This document shows positions 1-9,482 of a DNA stretch of 64,000 bases, in pieces. A program made the translations under genes and the position numbers. The notes beneath the pieces are model-generated. The model had not been told where the DNA came from. It did no database searches and saw nothing but the letters and a program-made list of their open reading frames with translations. Every line of letters starts with the position of its first letter. Position 1 is the first letter of the stretch. Origin of the DNA: an uncultured Actinomycetes bacterium (GTDB lineage: Bacteria > Actinomycetota > Thermoleophilia > UBA2241); the NCBI GenBank assembly GCA_963709345.1, contig CAVPVX010000001.1, positions 291,480 to 355,479 on the forward strand, written 5' to 3'.

Positions 1-168
1 GGAGTGGACGAGATCCGACCCCGTCATGTCGATGATCAGGCGCCGCACACAGCACTGGCGGCACGCCGGGTTCTGCTGCTTGAACGCGGGAGCGGAGACG
101 GCGTCGACGGCTCCTCGAACGCTCATGACGTCGACACCATCGGCGAGCGACTCGAAGCTGATGTGCAT
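1..168 (-). CDS. STAS-domain anti-sigma-factor antagonist (SpoIIAA/RsbV-like), partial, cut by window edge
   Basis: Reverse-strand translation from the ATG at 168 reads MHISFESLADGVDVMSVRGAVDAVSAPAFKQQNPACRQCCVRRLIIDMTGSDLVHS and stays open to base 1. The layout matches STAS antagonists (G-x-D-x-x-S-A-P, then DMTG..D...S). It is absent from the ORF track because no stop lies in the window. Confidence 0.5.
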   Translation of the reverse strand, partial: MHISFESLADGVDVMSVRGAVDAVSAPAFKQQNPACRQCCVRRLIIDMTGSDLVHS

Positions 169-546
169 CCCTGCTCTCTCAAGACTTCAGCCCCGATCCG
201 GTGACGCGGCCCGGGGGCGGCGAGTTCGTCCGTGCCGACCGGCGGAAGTGGCCCACCGGTCGCCCCCGCTGACCGCGGAGGCGCCCGAGGCGCAGGCCGG
301 CGTCGTTCGCGCGGCAACCAGAGCGCTCGGATCCTGACCGTGCGGGCCACCGCATCCGCCGGTAGAGGCCTTGGTCATCCCGCTCGCAGCCCGTTCGGAC
401 CGGCCCGGCGGGGCGGAGGCCGGCTCGCCACGGGCGGGGTGCGGCGCGGCCCATGAAGGGCCCCAGACCGTACTCGATGAACTCACGGCGCCTGCCGGGG
501 GGTCGAGTGGAGACCAGGCCCGGCGGCTACCCGGCCAGGGGATGCG

Positions 547-582
547 ACGGGGCCGGGCGGCAAGAGCGCCACCCGGCCCCGT
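547..582 (-). terminator. GC-rich hairpin downstream of the rubrerythrin pair
   Basis: ACGGGGCCGGG ... CCCGGCCCCGT forms an 11-bp stem about 60 nt past the stop at 639. No clear U-tract follows. Confidence 0.35.
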
Positions 583-638
583 CCGGCCGTGTCATTCCTG
601 GAGGGCGGCCGCCCAGAGGCGGGCCGTCCCATTGCGGG

Positions 639-1184
639 TCAGAACGCCCTGTAGTACTCCCTGGCTGCGGCGCACACCGGACACCTGTCCGGAACATCGC
701 CGATCACCGTATGCCCGCAGACGAGGCACACGCTCACGGGCTGGTCGGCGACGTCCCTGCCGGCGAGCACCTCGTCGTGCGCATGCGCATACATGCGCCT
801 GTGGTCGTGCTCGGCCTTCACCGCGTAGCGGATGCTGCGACTCGCTTGGGCATTGCCCTGCAGCTTCGCGACCTCGGCGTAGGCCGGGTACATCTCGTCG
901 ATCTCGAAGCTCTCTCCCTCGAAGGCCGCCCGGAGATTGTCGGCGGTCGCCCCCACGCCGTTCATCACGCGCAGGTGGTTCCTCGCATGCCTGGTCTCGG
1001 CGAAGGAGATGGCTCGGAACAGCCGGGCCACGTTCGGATACGCCTCTTCCTCCGCCTGCTCGGCGTAGACCATGTACTTCGCGGCCGCCTGGCTCTCACC
1101 GCCGAACGCCGCTCTCAGGCTCTCCCCGGTCATAGCGTTGAGGTCTTCGGGCTTGGGGAGTCGCATCTCGAAGACGTCCTTCAT
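639..1184 (-). CDS. rbr: rubrerythrin (diiron four-helix bundle plus C-terminal rubredoxin-like CxxC..CxxC)
   Basis: Carries ExxH motifs (ETRHARNH, EGESFEIDEMYPAY) and C-terminal CLVCGH...CPVC. Start MKDVFEM at 1184 shares one base with the upstream stop (TGATG). Confidence 0.9.
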   Translation of the reverse strand: MKDVFEMRLPKPEDLNAMTGESLRAAFGGESQAAAKYMVYAEQAEEEAYPNVARLFRAISFAETRHARNHLRVMNGVGATADNLRAAFEGESFEIDEMYPAYAEVAKLQGNAQASRSIRYAVKAEHDHRRMYAHAHDEVLAGRDVADQPVSVCLVCGHTVIGDVPDRCPVCAAAREYYRAF

Positions 1185-1729
1185 CAGAACTCCCTGAAGT
1201 GGGGCCCGGCAGTGCCGCACTGCGGGCACTCGTCGGGTGCGTCACCAATGACGGTGTGACCGCAGATCGGGCAGACGCGCACGGCGTCGACGCCAAGGTC
1301 GGCCTTGCCCTCCACGCCCTTCAGCGTGCTGTCGTAGATGCCCTGGTGGTCCATCTCGGCCTTGAGTGCATAGCGGATGCTCGTCTGGGCGCTGCCGTTC
1401 TCCTGAAGCCTGGCGACCGCGTCGTAGGCCGGGTACATCTCGTCGATCTCGAACGTCTCGCCGCCCCAGGCGGCCTTGAGGTTCTCGCTGGTCGTGCCGA
1501 TCCTGCCGAGCACGCTGAGGTGGTTGCGCGCGTGCGTGCTCTCGGCGTAGGCGACGGCACGGAAGAGACGCGCGACGTTCGGGTAGCCTTCGGCGTCGGC
1601 AACGTCGGCGAACGCCAGGTACTTCTGCGACGCCTGGCTCTCGCCGGCGAGCGCAGCAGCGATGTTCTCCGCCGTCATCGCGCCCTTGTCCTCGGGCGCC
1701 GGCGGTACGTTCATGAAGGGGTCGGCCAT
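1184..1729 (-). CDS. rbr: rubrerythrin, tandem paralog
   Basis: Contains AGESQASQKY, ESTHARNH, GGETFEIDEMYPAY and CPICGH...CPQC. Start MADPFMN at 1729. Same length (181 aa) as its neighbour. Confidence 0.9.
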   Translation of the reverse strand: MADPFMNVPPAPEDKGAMTAENIAAALAGESQASQKYLAFADVADAEGYPNVARLFRAVAYAESTHARNHLSVLGRIGTTSENLKAAWGGETFEIDEMYPAYDAVARLQENGSAQTSIRYALKAEMDHQGIYDSTLKGVEGKADLGVDAVRVCPICGHTVIGDAPDECPQCGTAGPHFREF

Positions 1730-1894
1730 GGTCTCGTATGCCTCCTTGGGTGCGGGCCCGGCCTGGCTGCCGGCCTGAGCCCAGGTGTGCGGATCGGTCT
1801 GAGGTTCGTCTCTCGGAAGCGTCTGCGGCGGCGGCGCGTGGCGCTCAAAATTGAATGCTGCGCATGCTCTTGGCGGCCGCGGCGCTGCTGCCAC

Positions 1895-2323
1895 TCAGAC
1901 GGCCGCCGTATGCGACCTGAGGGCGGGCACCAGCCGGTGCAGGACGGCGTGGATCTGGCGCGGGCTCACGTGATCGAACAAGGCGTAGTAGGTATCCGGG
2001 CGTGATTGACTGCGCGTGAACTGCGCCAGGTCCACCGTCGAGCCCGCGGCGGTCGCCTCGCGCGCCTGCTCGCCGTCTATCGCGAGCAACGCAGCCGTGG
2101 CCGGGACGCTGGCGTCACTGCAGATCTCCGCGATGTCCTGGGGGTACGTCCACAAAGAGAAAGCCAAGGGTCTATCGGCGACCTCGCTCAACACCAGGCG
2201 GACTCCCGGCTCCACCTCACTCGTGAAGTCGAAGTGCCGACGGTCGGCGCCGCGCGCCACCTTGATGACCGTGCGGACGCGCTCGAGCTTCTCGCCGAAC
2301 GTGGCAGGAACAGGACGCGCCAT
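1895..2323 (-). CDS. hypothetical protein
   Basis: 142-aa ORF with protein-like composition. Its ATG at 2323 is preceded by AAGGAGGG. No family recognised. Confidence 0.6.
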   Translation of the reverse strand: MARPVPATFGEKLERVRTVIKVARGADRRHFDFTSEVEPGVRLVLSEVADRPLAFSLWTYPQDIAEICSDASVPATAALLAIDGEQAREATAAGSTVDLAQFTRSQSRPDTYYALFDHVSPRQIHAVLHRLVPALRSHTAAV

Positions 2324-2392
2324 GGCAGCCCTCCTTGAAACCACCCCTTGAGCCTTCCGGAGCCGCGGGGCCGGTTACGCCTTCTCAGCACG

Positions 2393-2782
2393 TCAGATGC
2401 CCGCGGCCATCTCAGAATAAACCCGTTCGCGACAGTGGAAACGGATGCGACGGCTTGGTCCGTCAGCGCCGGATGACGGGCAGGACGTGAGCCCGCAGTT
2501 CGATGTCGTGGCGCTCCCCGGGGCGGTCTCGTACCCACCGGCGGCGGCGACCCGGGCGATCACTCTCAGCGGGCCGCGCGTCGCGAGCTTGCGACCGACC
2601 GCGGTGACGGGATACATGAGCGCAGTCGGGTAGTCGCCGGACCCGGACGCCCTGCGCACCTTGCCCGTCTTGAGAGCCGGCACGTCCCACCCGAGACGCG
2701 TTGCTCGCTCCCGTGCGGCGTCCACGATCTCACCGGCGTCGCCATCGCACGGATCCCCCATCTCACCGGTGGGATCGAGCAC
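2393..2782 (-). pseudogene. hypothetical ORF with apparent frame break near 2530
   Basis: The N-terminal ~85 aa look coding (GEIVDAARERATRLGWDVPALKTGKV...VAAAGGYETAPG). After the CCCCGGGG run, the protein-like reading (ERHDIELRAHVLPVIRR-stop) continues in the frame that ends at 2463. Confidence 0.3.
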
Positions 2783-2785
2783 GAA

Positions 2786-3088
2786 TCAGTCCGGCACCGT
2801 GACGCTGCGCTCGACAACCTCGCCGAACACGGCACTCACACCGAGCTCCTTGGCGGCGGCCAGCGCGTGGCGCCCTTCGTCGACGATGACGGCTCCGGCC
2901 GCGCGCGGCTTGGCGTACGTCGAGGGACGCACGAACTCGCCGACGCGGCATGAGTAGGCGAACGGCAGCTCCGGGACACCGGACCAAGGAGCCGCAAGCG
3001 TAGCCAGCGGCGCACCAGACGTGTCGTCGGCCCACGCCTCGAGCGCGGCGAGGGTGAGCACGGGGAGCTCGCGATGCGGACGGGTCAC
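2786..3088 (-). CDS. hypothetical protein, possible ParB/sulfiredoxin-like motif
   Basis: High GC3 from the GTG at 3088 (VTRPHRELPVLTLAALEAW...). The segment AVIVDEGRHALAAAKELGVSAV loosely resembles the DGxHR..A...G core of ParB/Srx domains. The start is uncertain. Confidence 0.4.
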   Translation of the reverse strand: MTRPHRELPVLTLAALEAWADDTSGAPLATLAAPWSGVPELPFAYSCRVGEFVRPSTYAKPRAAGAVIVDEGRHALAAAKELGVSAVFGEVVERSVTVPD

Positions 3089-3264
3089 ACGCGCCGACAA
3101 GCGCCCGCAGGCCATCGAACTCGGCAGCGGCCCACTCCTCGTACATGTCGGCGTCGAGCACGAGGACGGCGCTCGAGCGGGGCGCTGTGCTGCGCTCGGA
3201 GGCGAAACGCTCCACGACCGCGTCCAGCAGTCGCGGTGTGGCGCGGGCGGGCGGGGCGCCGGCG

Positions 3265-5166
3265 TCAGCTGGCGCCAAACCCGCCGCCGCCTCCACCGCC
3301 TCCTCCTCCGCCGGAGAATCCACCCCCGCCGCCGGAGCCGGACGACGAGGACGATGTCGCCACCGAGACGGCCGCGCTGAAGCTCTGGTTCATCTCGCTG
3401 AACGCGGACATGCCGCCACCGTCGCCGGGCAGAGCGAACCAGAGGACGTACGAGGTCCGGAAGCCCGGGTCGTCGATCACCGCGGGCACCTTCACCGCCA
3501 TCGCCTTGACGACCTGGTCGGCGATGCCGAAGACGACGGCATACACGAGGAAGTGCTCCCAGAGGACGACGGCATCCGGCGGCTTCTCCTCCAGCCTGCC
3601 GAAGTCTTTGAGGTAGCGCTCGAGCGCCTCATACTGGGCGTGCAGCTCCGCAGCCTCCTGCGAGCGCCGCTTGATCGCGCGCGCCACGAAGATCAGGACG
3701 ACGCCGACGGGAATGCCGAGGAAGAAGAGCCACCAGCCCGCGAAGACGGCCGCCGCCCCCGCGGCAGCGATGGCCGCGAAGGACACCGCCGACCCCAGAG
3801 CGGCGAGCCGAGTCGCCTTGGCGTCGAGGAACTTGCGGCGCTCGGCTTCCTTCTTCGCCTTCTTGATCCAGTCGGCATAGCCGCTGGCGAAGGCGGACTT
3901 CTTCTTCTTCGCCAGCTCCTTGAGCTCGCTGAGCACCAGGGTCGAACCGCCGGCGATCTGGTGGAACAGGAACTGGACCAGGTCGCGTTCGTAGACGAGC
4001 AGTTCATCCACCCGCTCATCGTGGAGCGTCAGCCGGTAGCTGGTCGCCTCACCTTTGCCGAAGAGCTTCTTCTTCTCGACGGTCACGCGCTCCAGGTCGA
4101 TCACCTTGCGGTTCACGAGGTCGAGCAGGGTCGCCGTGAGGTCGTTACGGCCGATGGTCCCCATGCGCAAGATGGAGGCGACCATGGCCGGCGGCTGCTC
4201 CGGCTGTGGCAGGTCCCGCAGATACTGCGCCTCGAACTGGGTCTTGGGCTCCCGTCCGTACTTGAGGTAGAGCCATGCGACGAGCACCAGAGCGATGAGC
4301 GGGACGCCGAAGCCGATCACCGCCCAGAAGACGACCTGGACGCGCGCCCAGAGCCGGTCGCGGTTGGCCTCGTCGGCGAGCGCCTGCTCCTCCGCCAGCA
4401 CCTGCTGCAATCTGGGCTCGGCGACGGGAGCCGCCTTGCCGAGCGCGTCGGCGGGAAACGCGATACGCGCTTCGACGAAGGTGTTCGCCGGCAGCGGGCT
4501 GACGGTCATGCGCACGCTGGCGTCGGGCTCGATACTCACGTTGCCCCACAGCGGGCCGTGCGCCCAGGCACGCACCTCGTCGCGGGTGACGCCATCCGGC
4601 AGCCGCACCGTGACGGTGACGTCATCTGCGGGGATGGGGGCCTCGTCGCCCACGAATTGCCAGTAGAGCTCGGCGGTGTCCCGCCACCGCTTCGCGGCGC
4701 CGCGGGCGACGTACTCGATGGTGAAGCGCGCCGCCGAATCCGAGACGCGGAAGTTGAGCTGCACGCGCACCGTCGAACTGCCCGTAGCCGTGAAGGTGCC
4801 CGGGGTCTTCGCCAAGACGTCGTCGTCACGCGTGTACGCTACGCTGCCCGACCCGTCGGGGCCGGGCCCACTTGCCGCCGTCACGTCGATTCCTTCCGAC
4901 CCCCTGGCGGATAGGTCCCAGTAGACAACGGAGAAGCTGCCGTCGAAGTCCAGGGTGCGTGACTCGCGCACGCGTACGTTCCCGTTCGCGAGCACCTGCG
5001 CGTCGATGGTGACGTCGCGGATACCGAAGTCCTTGGCCGCCGCGGGGCCGGCCGTCAGGCCGGCAAGGCCGGCGGCCAGCGCCACGAGAGCGAACGCCAC
5101 CATGAGCGCTCTGACCGGCCGCCGTTCCCGTCCTGCCGGCCTCACCGTCTCAACTCGCTCGCTCAT
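3265..5166 (-). CDS. DUF2207 domain-containing membrane protein
   Basis: Signal/TM sequence, then KDFGIRDVTIDAQVLANGNVRVRESRTLDFDGSFSVVYWDL, multiple TM helices and a Gly-rich tail (SGGGGGFSGGGGGGGGGGGFGAS). ATG at 5166 follows GGAGGA. Confidence 0.85.
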   Translation of the reverse strand: MSERVETVRPAGRERRPVRALMVAFALVALAAGLAGLTAGPAAAKDFGIRDVTIDAQVLANGNVRVRESRTLDFDGSFSVVYWDLSARGSEGIDVTAASGPGPDGSGSVAYTRDDDVLAKTPGTFTATGSSTVRVQLNFRVSDSAARFTIEYVARGAAKRWRDTAELYWQFVGDEAPIPADDVTVTVRLPDGVTRDEVRAWAHGPLWGNVSIEPDASVRMTVSPLPANTFVEARIAFPADALGKAAPVAEPRLQQVLAEEQALADEANRDRLWARVQVVFWAVIGFGVPLIALVLVAWLYLKYGREPKTQFEAQYLRDLPQPEQPPAMVASILRMGTIGRNDLTATLLDLVNRKVIDLERVTVEKKKLFGKGEATSYRLTLHDERVDELLVYERDLVQFLFHQIAGGSTLVLSELKELAKKKKSAFASGYADWIKKAKKEAERRKFLDAKATRLAALGSAVSFAAIAAAGAAAVFAGWWLFFLGIPVGVVLIFVARAIKRRSQEAAELHAQYEALERYLKDFGRLEEKPPDAVVLWEHFLVYAVVFGIADQVVKAMAVKVPAVIDDPGFRTSYVLWFALPGDGGGMSAFSEMNQSFSAAVSVATSSSSSGSGGGGGFSGGGGGGGGGGGFGAS

Positions 5167-5400
5167 GCATCCTCCGGTGGTCCGCGCCGCCCCGGCGCGC
5201 TCCGCGCGCTCCCATGGCGCGCCCACGACGATGCTACCATCGGCCGCGTCACGGGACCCGGCCGAACCCGTTCGCAGGCCGGCCGAGCCTCGGCTCGGAA
5301 TCCCCCGCCAAAGAGGATTGCGGTGGTCCAGTTCGTGGAACAAGACGCTGAGTCGATCGGACGGCAGTCGGCGGCGGAACTACTTGAATGTCTATGCAAC

Positions 5401-5424
5401 GGGGCCCCGCAGGGGGCCCCTTCC
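5401..5424 (+). terminator. orphan hairpin GGGGCCCC-GCAG-GGGGCCCC followed by TTCC
   Basis: Perfect 8-bp stem read directly from the sequence. It sits inside the 383-nt divergent intergenic region, next to an AT-richer stretch. Confidence 0.3.
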
Positions 5425-5549
5425 GCGTACGCCGGGGGCACGCGGGTAGCCACACCGTTGCCCACCCGGACAGCACCTGAGCCGGGCTCCGCCTCATGGA
5501 TGGCGCGCAGCTGCCGTAGTAGACCAGTGGAGCTACTCTGGATGTAGTC

Positions 5550-6845
5550 GTGAACCGTGCGCGCTCAGCCGTCGCACCGAGCCTCGGTAGGGCGATCCGC
5601 CCGCCGGCGTCGGCCTTCGGCGTGATCCTCCTGCTGCTTGCCTGCTGGTTGGCTTCGGCGCCGGCCGCCGGAGCAGCCGTGAACACTGCGGCTCCGAAAT
5701 CCTCCGTCAAGCTGGTCTTCATCCACCACTCGACCGGCAGCGCGTGGCTCGACGACGGACACGGCGGCCTCGGCAGGGCGCTGCGCGACAACAACTACTT
5801 CGTCAGCGACACGAACTACGGCTGGGGGCCCGGCTCGATCGGCGACTCCACGGATATCGGACACTGGTGGACATGGTTCCGAGGCCCTTCGGCTCCGACC
5901 TACGTCGCGGCCCTGTACGGCGAGAGCGATCAGCACTCGAGCTACTCGAGGCTGGCCACCGACCCGGGCGGCGCCAACGACATCGTCATGTTCAAGAGCT
6001 GCTTCCCGAATTCGGAGCTCAGGTCGCCCTACTCGCCGATGCCGGCGATCAGCGACAATCCACTCAAGGGAGGCTCGTGCGGCGGGGAGGACTTCACGGT
6101 CGCCAACGCCAAGGGCATCTACCTCGACCTGCTCGAGTACTTCGGCGCGCACCCCGAGAAGCTGTTCGTGGCCGTCGTCGCTCCACCGGTGACGAGCCCC
6201 GACACCCCCGGCGGAAGAGCGCTCGCGAACTGGCTCGCCGACGACTGGCTCCATGACTCCGGCTACACCGTCGGCAACGTGGTCGTGTTCGACTACTACG
6301 ACATCCTCAGCAGCAAGACCGGCGGCGGCACGAGCGACGTGGGGCTCGCCACGGGCAACCACCACCGCGTCTGGAACAACGCCGTGCAGCACAAGACCGG
6401 CGGCGCGAACCGCCTCGCCTACCCCAGCGCCGGCGGCGACAGCCACCCCAACGCGGCCGGAGACCGCAAGGCCACGACCGAGTTCCTGCCGCTCCTGAAC
6501 GCAGCCTACAACGCCTGGAAGGGCGTTCCCGGCGGCGACTCCGCCCGTCCCAGGACGTCGGCGCCGCGCGCTGCAAGCGTGCGACGCGGGCGTGTGGCGA
6601 CCCTCTACTACCGCGTTGACGACGATCGCAGCAGAATGGCCACGGTCGTCATCCGCGTCAAGACGCGCTCGGGAAGCCTGAAGAAGACACTGGTCCTGGG
6701 CATGCGCGGGACCGGGGCGCTGCGCAAGGCGACGTTCCGGTGCACGCTGAGCAGAGGGACGTACCGGTTCTGGGTGGACGCGCGCGATTACTCCGGCAAC
6801 CCCACCCGCATGCCACTCGGCAACAACCTGATCCGAGTCAGGTAG
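5550..6845 (+). CDS. secreted hypothetical protein with C-terminal Ig-like beta domain
   Basis: GTG start, a signal peptide (ILLLLACWLASAPAAGAA), the conserved-looking VKLVFIHHSTGSAWL and MFKSCFPNS, and a C-terminal TLYYRVDD...YRFWVDARDYSGN. Confidence 0.75.
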   Translation: MNRARSAVAPSLGRAIRPPASAFGVILLLLACWLASAPAAGAAVNTAAPKSSVKLVFIHHSTGSAWLDDGHGGLGRALRDNNYFVSDTNYGWGPGSIGDSTDIGHWWTWFRGPSAPTYVAALYGESDQHSSYSRLATDPGGANDIVMFKSCFPNSELRSPYSPMPAISDNPLKGGSCGGEDFTVANAKGIYLDLLEYFGAHPEKLFVAVVAPPVTSPDTPGGRALANWLADDWLHDSGYTVGNVVVFDYYDILSSKTGGGTSDVGLATGNHHRVWNNAVQHKTGGANRLAYPSAGGDSHPNAAGDRKATTEFLPLLNAAYNAWKGVPGGDSARPRTSAPRAASVRRGRVATLYYRVDDDRSRMATVVIRVKTRSGSLKKTLVLGMRGTGALRKATFRCTLSRGTYRFWVDARDYSGNPTRMPLGNNLIRVR

Positions 6846-6884
6846 CGAGCGCAGCGCGCGCTACGGCTTCGCCCGAGTCGTTCG

Positions 6885-7484
6885 CTACGGCCGCCTCAGC
6901 CCGAGCCGATCCAGCTCGGCGTCGGCCAAAGCGCGAACGTCACCGCTCGCGACGTCGCTCCACGGGTCGGCAGTCACTGCGCGCAGACGGTCCCACGGCA
7001 GTGACGCGCAAGCGCGGCGCGCGAGGTACTGCTCGAAGGCAGGGTCTCCCGCCACCCCCGGCAGCGCCTCCGCGATAGCTCCGACGTACCGTCGCCAGCG
7101 GACGCGCGCCGGCACGTACAGGATGAGCACCAGTGCCGCCGGCAGGATGCCCACGCCCAGGCCTGCCACGACCGCGGCGCGCAGGATTCCGTCGCGACTC
7201 TCCTGACCGCTGGCCTCGACCTCGACGCCCATCCGCTCGATCTCTCCGGCGAACTCGCCGATGCGGTCGCCGACCAGCGGCAGACCTCCCACCACCCCGA
7301 GCGCTTCGCCCGTGTCCTTGACCGCCGTGCCGATCTTGATCACGTCGGCGCTCAGCTGCGACTGCGCCCTGATGTCGTGCCAGATCAGCACGCCGAGCGC
7401 CGCCCAGACGACGATCCACGCGACGACCCCGAGGTCGAGCCAGCGCACCGCGCGGGCGCTGAGGAACTGCGTGCCTTCGTGCAT
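6885..7484 (-). CDS. hypothetical membrane protein
   Basis: Two hydrophobic helices (VVAWIVVWAALGVLIW, VVAGLGVGILPAALVLILYV). AGGAGGGGG precedes the ATG. Confidence 0.65.
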   Translation of the reverse strand: MHEGTQFLSARAVRWLDLGVVAWIVVWAALGVLIWHDIRAQSQLSADVIKIGTAVKDTGEALGVVGGLPLVGDRIGEFAGEIERMGVEVEASGQESRDGILRAAVVAGLGVGILPAALVLILYVPARVRWRRYVGAIAEALPGVAGDPAFEQYLARRACASLPWDRLRAVTADPWSDVASGDVRALADAELDRLGLRRP

Positions 7485-7616
7485 GGCCCCCTCCTGATAG
7501 ACGTCCCTACTCTACCCGCCGCAGTGAGGATGAGCGCCGGGCGAAGCGGCCGGCGGCGCTGGGAGCGGGTGCGCGACCGCGTGCGATATGCTCCCCGGAG
7601 ACCGGAGGTGACAGCC

Positions 7617-8660
7617 ATGGCAGACGTCGACGCACGCCCGCCGACCCCGCGCGAGACGGGGTTTCGCATGCCGCCTGAATGGGCGCCGCACGCTGGCTGC
7701 TGGATGTCGTGGCCCTGCCGCACCGAGAACTGGGATGACATCGAGTCGGTGCGCGCAAGGTACGCCGAGGTCGCGCGCGCCATAGCCCGCTTCGAGCCGG
7801 TCACCATGACGGCGAACGCGGAGCACGCCGCGGCGGCGCGCAGCGCACTCGCCGGCACGGGCGACAGCGACGTGGTCGTCGTGCCGAGCGACGACTCGTG
7901 GGCCCGCGACACCGCGCCGACCTTCGTCGTGGACGGCCGCGGCGGCCTCGGCGGTGTCGACTGGCGGTTCAACGCCTACGGCGGCATTTACGACGAGTAC
8001 GCGCGTACCGCCAACATGGCGAAGCGGATCCTCCACCTGCTCGGGGCGAGGCGCTTCGCCGCGCCGATCGTCCTGGAAGGCGGCGCGGTGCACACCGACG
8101 GCGAGGGCACGTTGCTGACGACCACCGAGGTCGTGCTGGACGCGCGCCGCAACCCGGGGCTCCAGCCGGGAGACGCCGAGAGAATCCTCTGCGACTTCCT
8201 CGGCGGCGAGCGCGTGATCTGGCTCACGAGCGCGCTCGACCACGACAACACCGGCGGCCACGTGGACAACCTCGCCTGCTTCGTCCGGCCGGGAGTCGTC
8301 GCGGCACTCGGCAGCGCCGACCGCGACGACCCACAGCACGCCGCCGTGCAGGAGAACCTCGGCCGGCTGCGCGCGGCGACCGATGCCGCCGGCCGTGTTC
8401 TCGAGGTCGTCGAGTTGCCGATGCCGACGCGGCCCGACCACCGCGGGCGTCGGCTCTCACCGAGCTACGTCAACTTCTACATCGCGAACGGCGGCGTCGT
8501 GATGCCGGAGTTCGGCGACCCTGCGGACGAAGAGGCGCGCGAGACGATCGCGCGCCTCTTCCCACGCCACGTCGTCGTGCAGGTCCCCACGCTCGAGCTG
8601 GCCAGGGCCGACGGAAACGTCCACTGCATCACCCAACAGCAGCCGGTGGCCCGACGGTAG
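7617..8660 (+). CDS. aguA: agmatine deiminase (Porphyromonas-type peptidyl-arginine deiminase family)
   Basis: Contains MPPEWAPHAGCWMSWP, DSWARDTAPTFV, GGAVHTDGEGTLLTTE and the C-terminal catalytic GNVHCITQQQP. GGAGGTG lies 6 nt before the ATG at 7617. Confidence 0.9.
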   Translation: MADVDARPPTPRETGFRMPPEWAPHAGCWMSWPCRTENWDDIESVRARYAEVARAIARFEPVTMTANAEHAAAARSALAGTGDSDVVVVPSDDSWARDTAPTFVVDGRGGLGGVDWRFNAYGGIYDEYARTANMAKRILHLLGARRFAAPIVLEGGAVHTDGEGTLLTTTEVVLDARRNPGLQPGDAERILCDFLGGERVIWLTSALDHDNTGGHVDNLACFVRPGVVAALGSADRDDPQHAAVQENLGRLRAATDAAGRVLEVVELPMPTRPDHRGRRLSPSYVNFYIANGGVVMPEFGDPADEEARETIARLFPRHVVVQVPTLELARADGNVHCITQQQPVARR

Positions 8661-8809
8661 GCGGCGGGGAGCGAGACGAGCCCTGACACGCTCGCCAAGC
8701 CGGCGGAACGGCGGCGCGCGAACGATACGCGCGCCTGACTCGTTACAGAGATGCCTGATCCGGAGTCAGGAGGGATCTCCGGCGAGCCCCTGAGAGGTGG
8801 AGGTTGGAG

Positions 8810-8836
8810 ACGGCCGACGGCTTAGCCGCCGGCCGT
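8810..8836. terminator. hairpin between convergent genes
   Basis: ACGGCCGACGGC-TTA-GCCGCCGGCCGT forms a 12-bp stem with one mismatch between the aguA stop and the methyltransferase stop. Confidence 0.45.
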
Positions 8837-8857
8837 TCCACGTACGCAATCGACCGC

Positions 8858-9478
8858 TCAAGCCGGCTTCACCCAGACGCCGCTGTAGTAGCAGCCGGGG
8901 ACGAGCGCCTTGCCCGAGCTCCGGCCCTGCTCCGTGAAGCCGGCCTCCGCAAGGAGCCTCTGAGCCTCGGCCGCAGGCATCCCATGCTTCGGGGAAGTGG
9001 GCTCGCGCACGAACAGGCGCCCGCCCGGGCGCAGCAGACGCGCGAGCTCGGCGACGACGGACGGCCGGTCGGCGGGTGGGATGTCGTGCAGCATCCAATG
9101 GATCAGCACGACATCCAGGTCGGCGGGTGGAAGGTCCATCGCGCGCACGTCGCCGAGCCGGTACTCGACGTTGGTGTGGACACGCAGGACCCGTTTCACC
9201 ACGCTCTGCCAGCGCGCCGAGACATCCATGCACGTCAGACGCCCGCCGCCGGCTTCGAGGCGCTTCGCGAGGTGGCGGGCGGCGGCTCCGCCGCCGCTTC
9301 CATAGTCGAGCACGCTCTCGTCGCCGCGCAGGCCCATCTCGTCGACGTACCGGCGATAGAAGCCGCTGAGCAGGCCGTTCGCGACGAGCCGCGACTCCAG
9401 AATCTCCATGCGGCCCGGCTCAGGCCCCGGAGCAGTGGCCCCTCGGCCGGCCGGGGTAGCCTGCCCAACGGCAGCCAT
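8858..9478 (-). CDS. class I SAM-dependent methyltransferase
   Basis: Motif I VLDYGSGGGAAARHLA, then LRPGGRLFVREP. The ATG at 9478 lies 4 nt after the stop of the small upstream ORF. An alternative start is at 9409. Confidence 0.8.
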   Translation of the reverse strand: MAAVGQATPAGRGATAPGPEPGRMEILESRLVANGLLSGFYRRYVDEMGLRGDESVLDYGSGGGAAARHLAKRLEAGGGRLTCMDVSARWQSVVKRVLRVHTNVEYRLGDVRAMDLPPADLDVVLIHWMLHDIPPADRPSVVAELARLLRPGGRLFVREPTSPKHGMPAAEAQRLLAEAGFTEQGRSSGKALVPGCYYSGVWVKPA

Positions 9479-9482
9479 CACT

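Noticed and set aside
169-638. ORFs 179-454(-), 187-486(-) and 232-456(+) in the 470-nt gap between rubrerythrin and the STAS gene.
   Set aside because: The translations are Arg/Pro/Gly/Ser-rich with only short protein-like patches (REFIEYGLGPF), no RBS and no family signal. The region may be a decayed gene or a leader, but I cannot support a feature.
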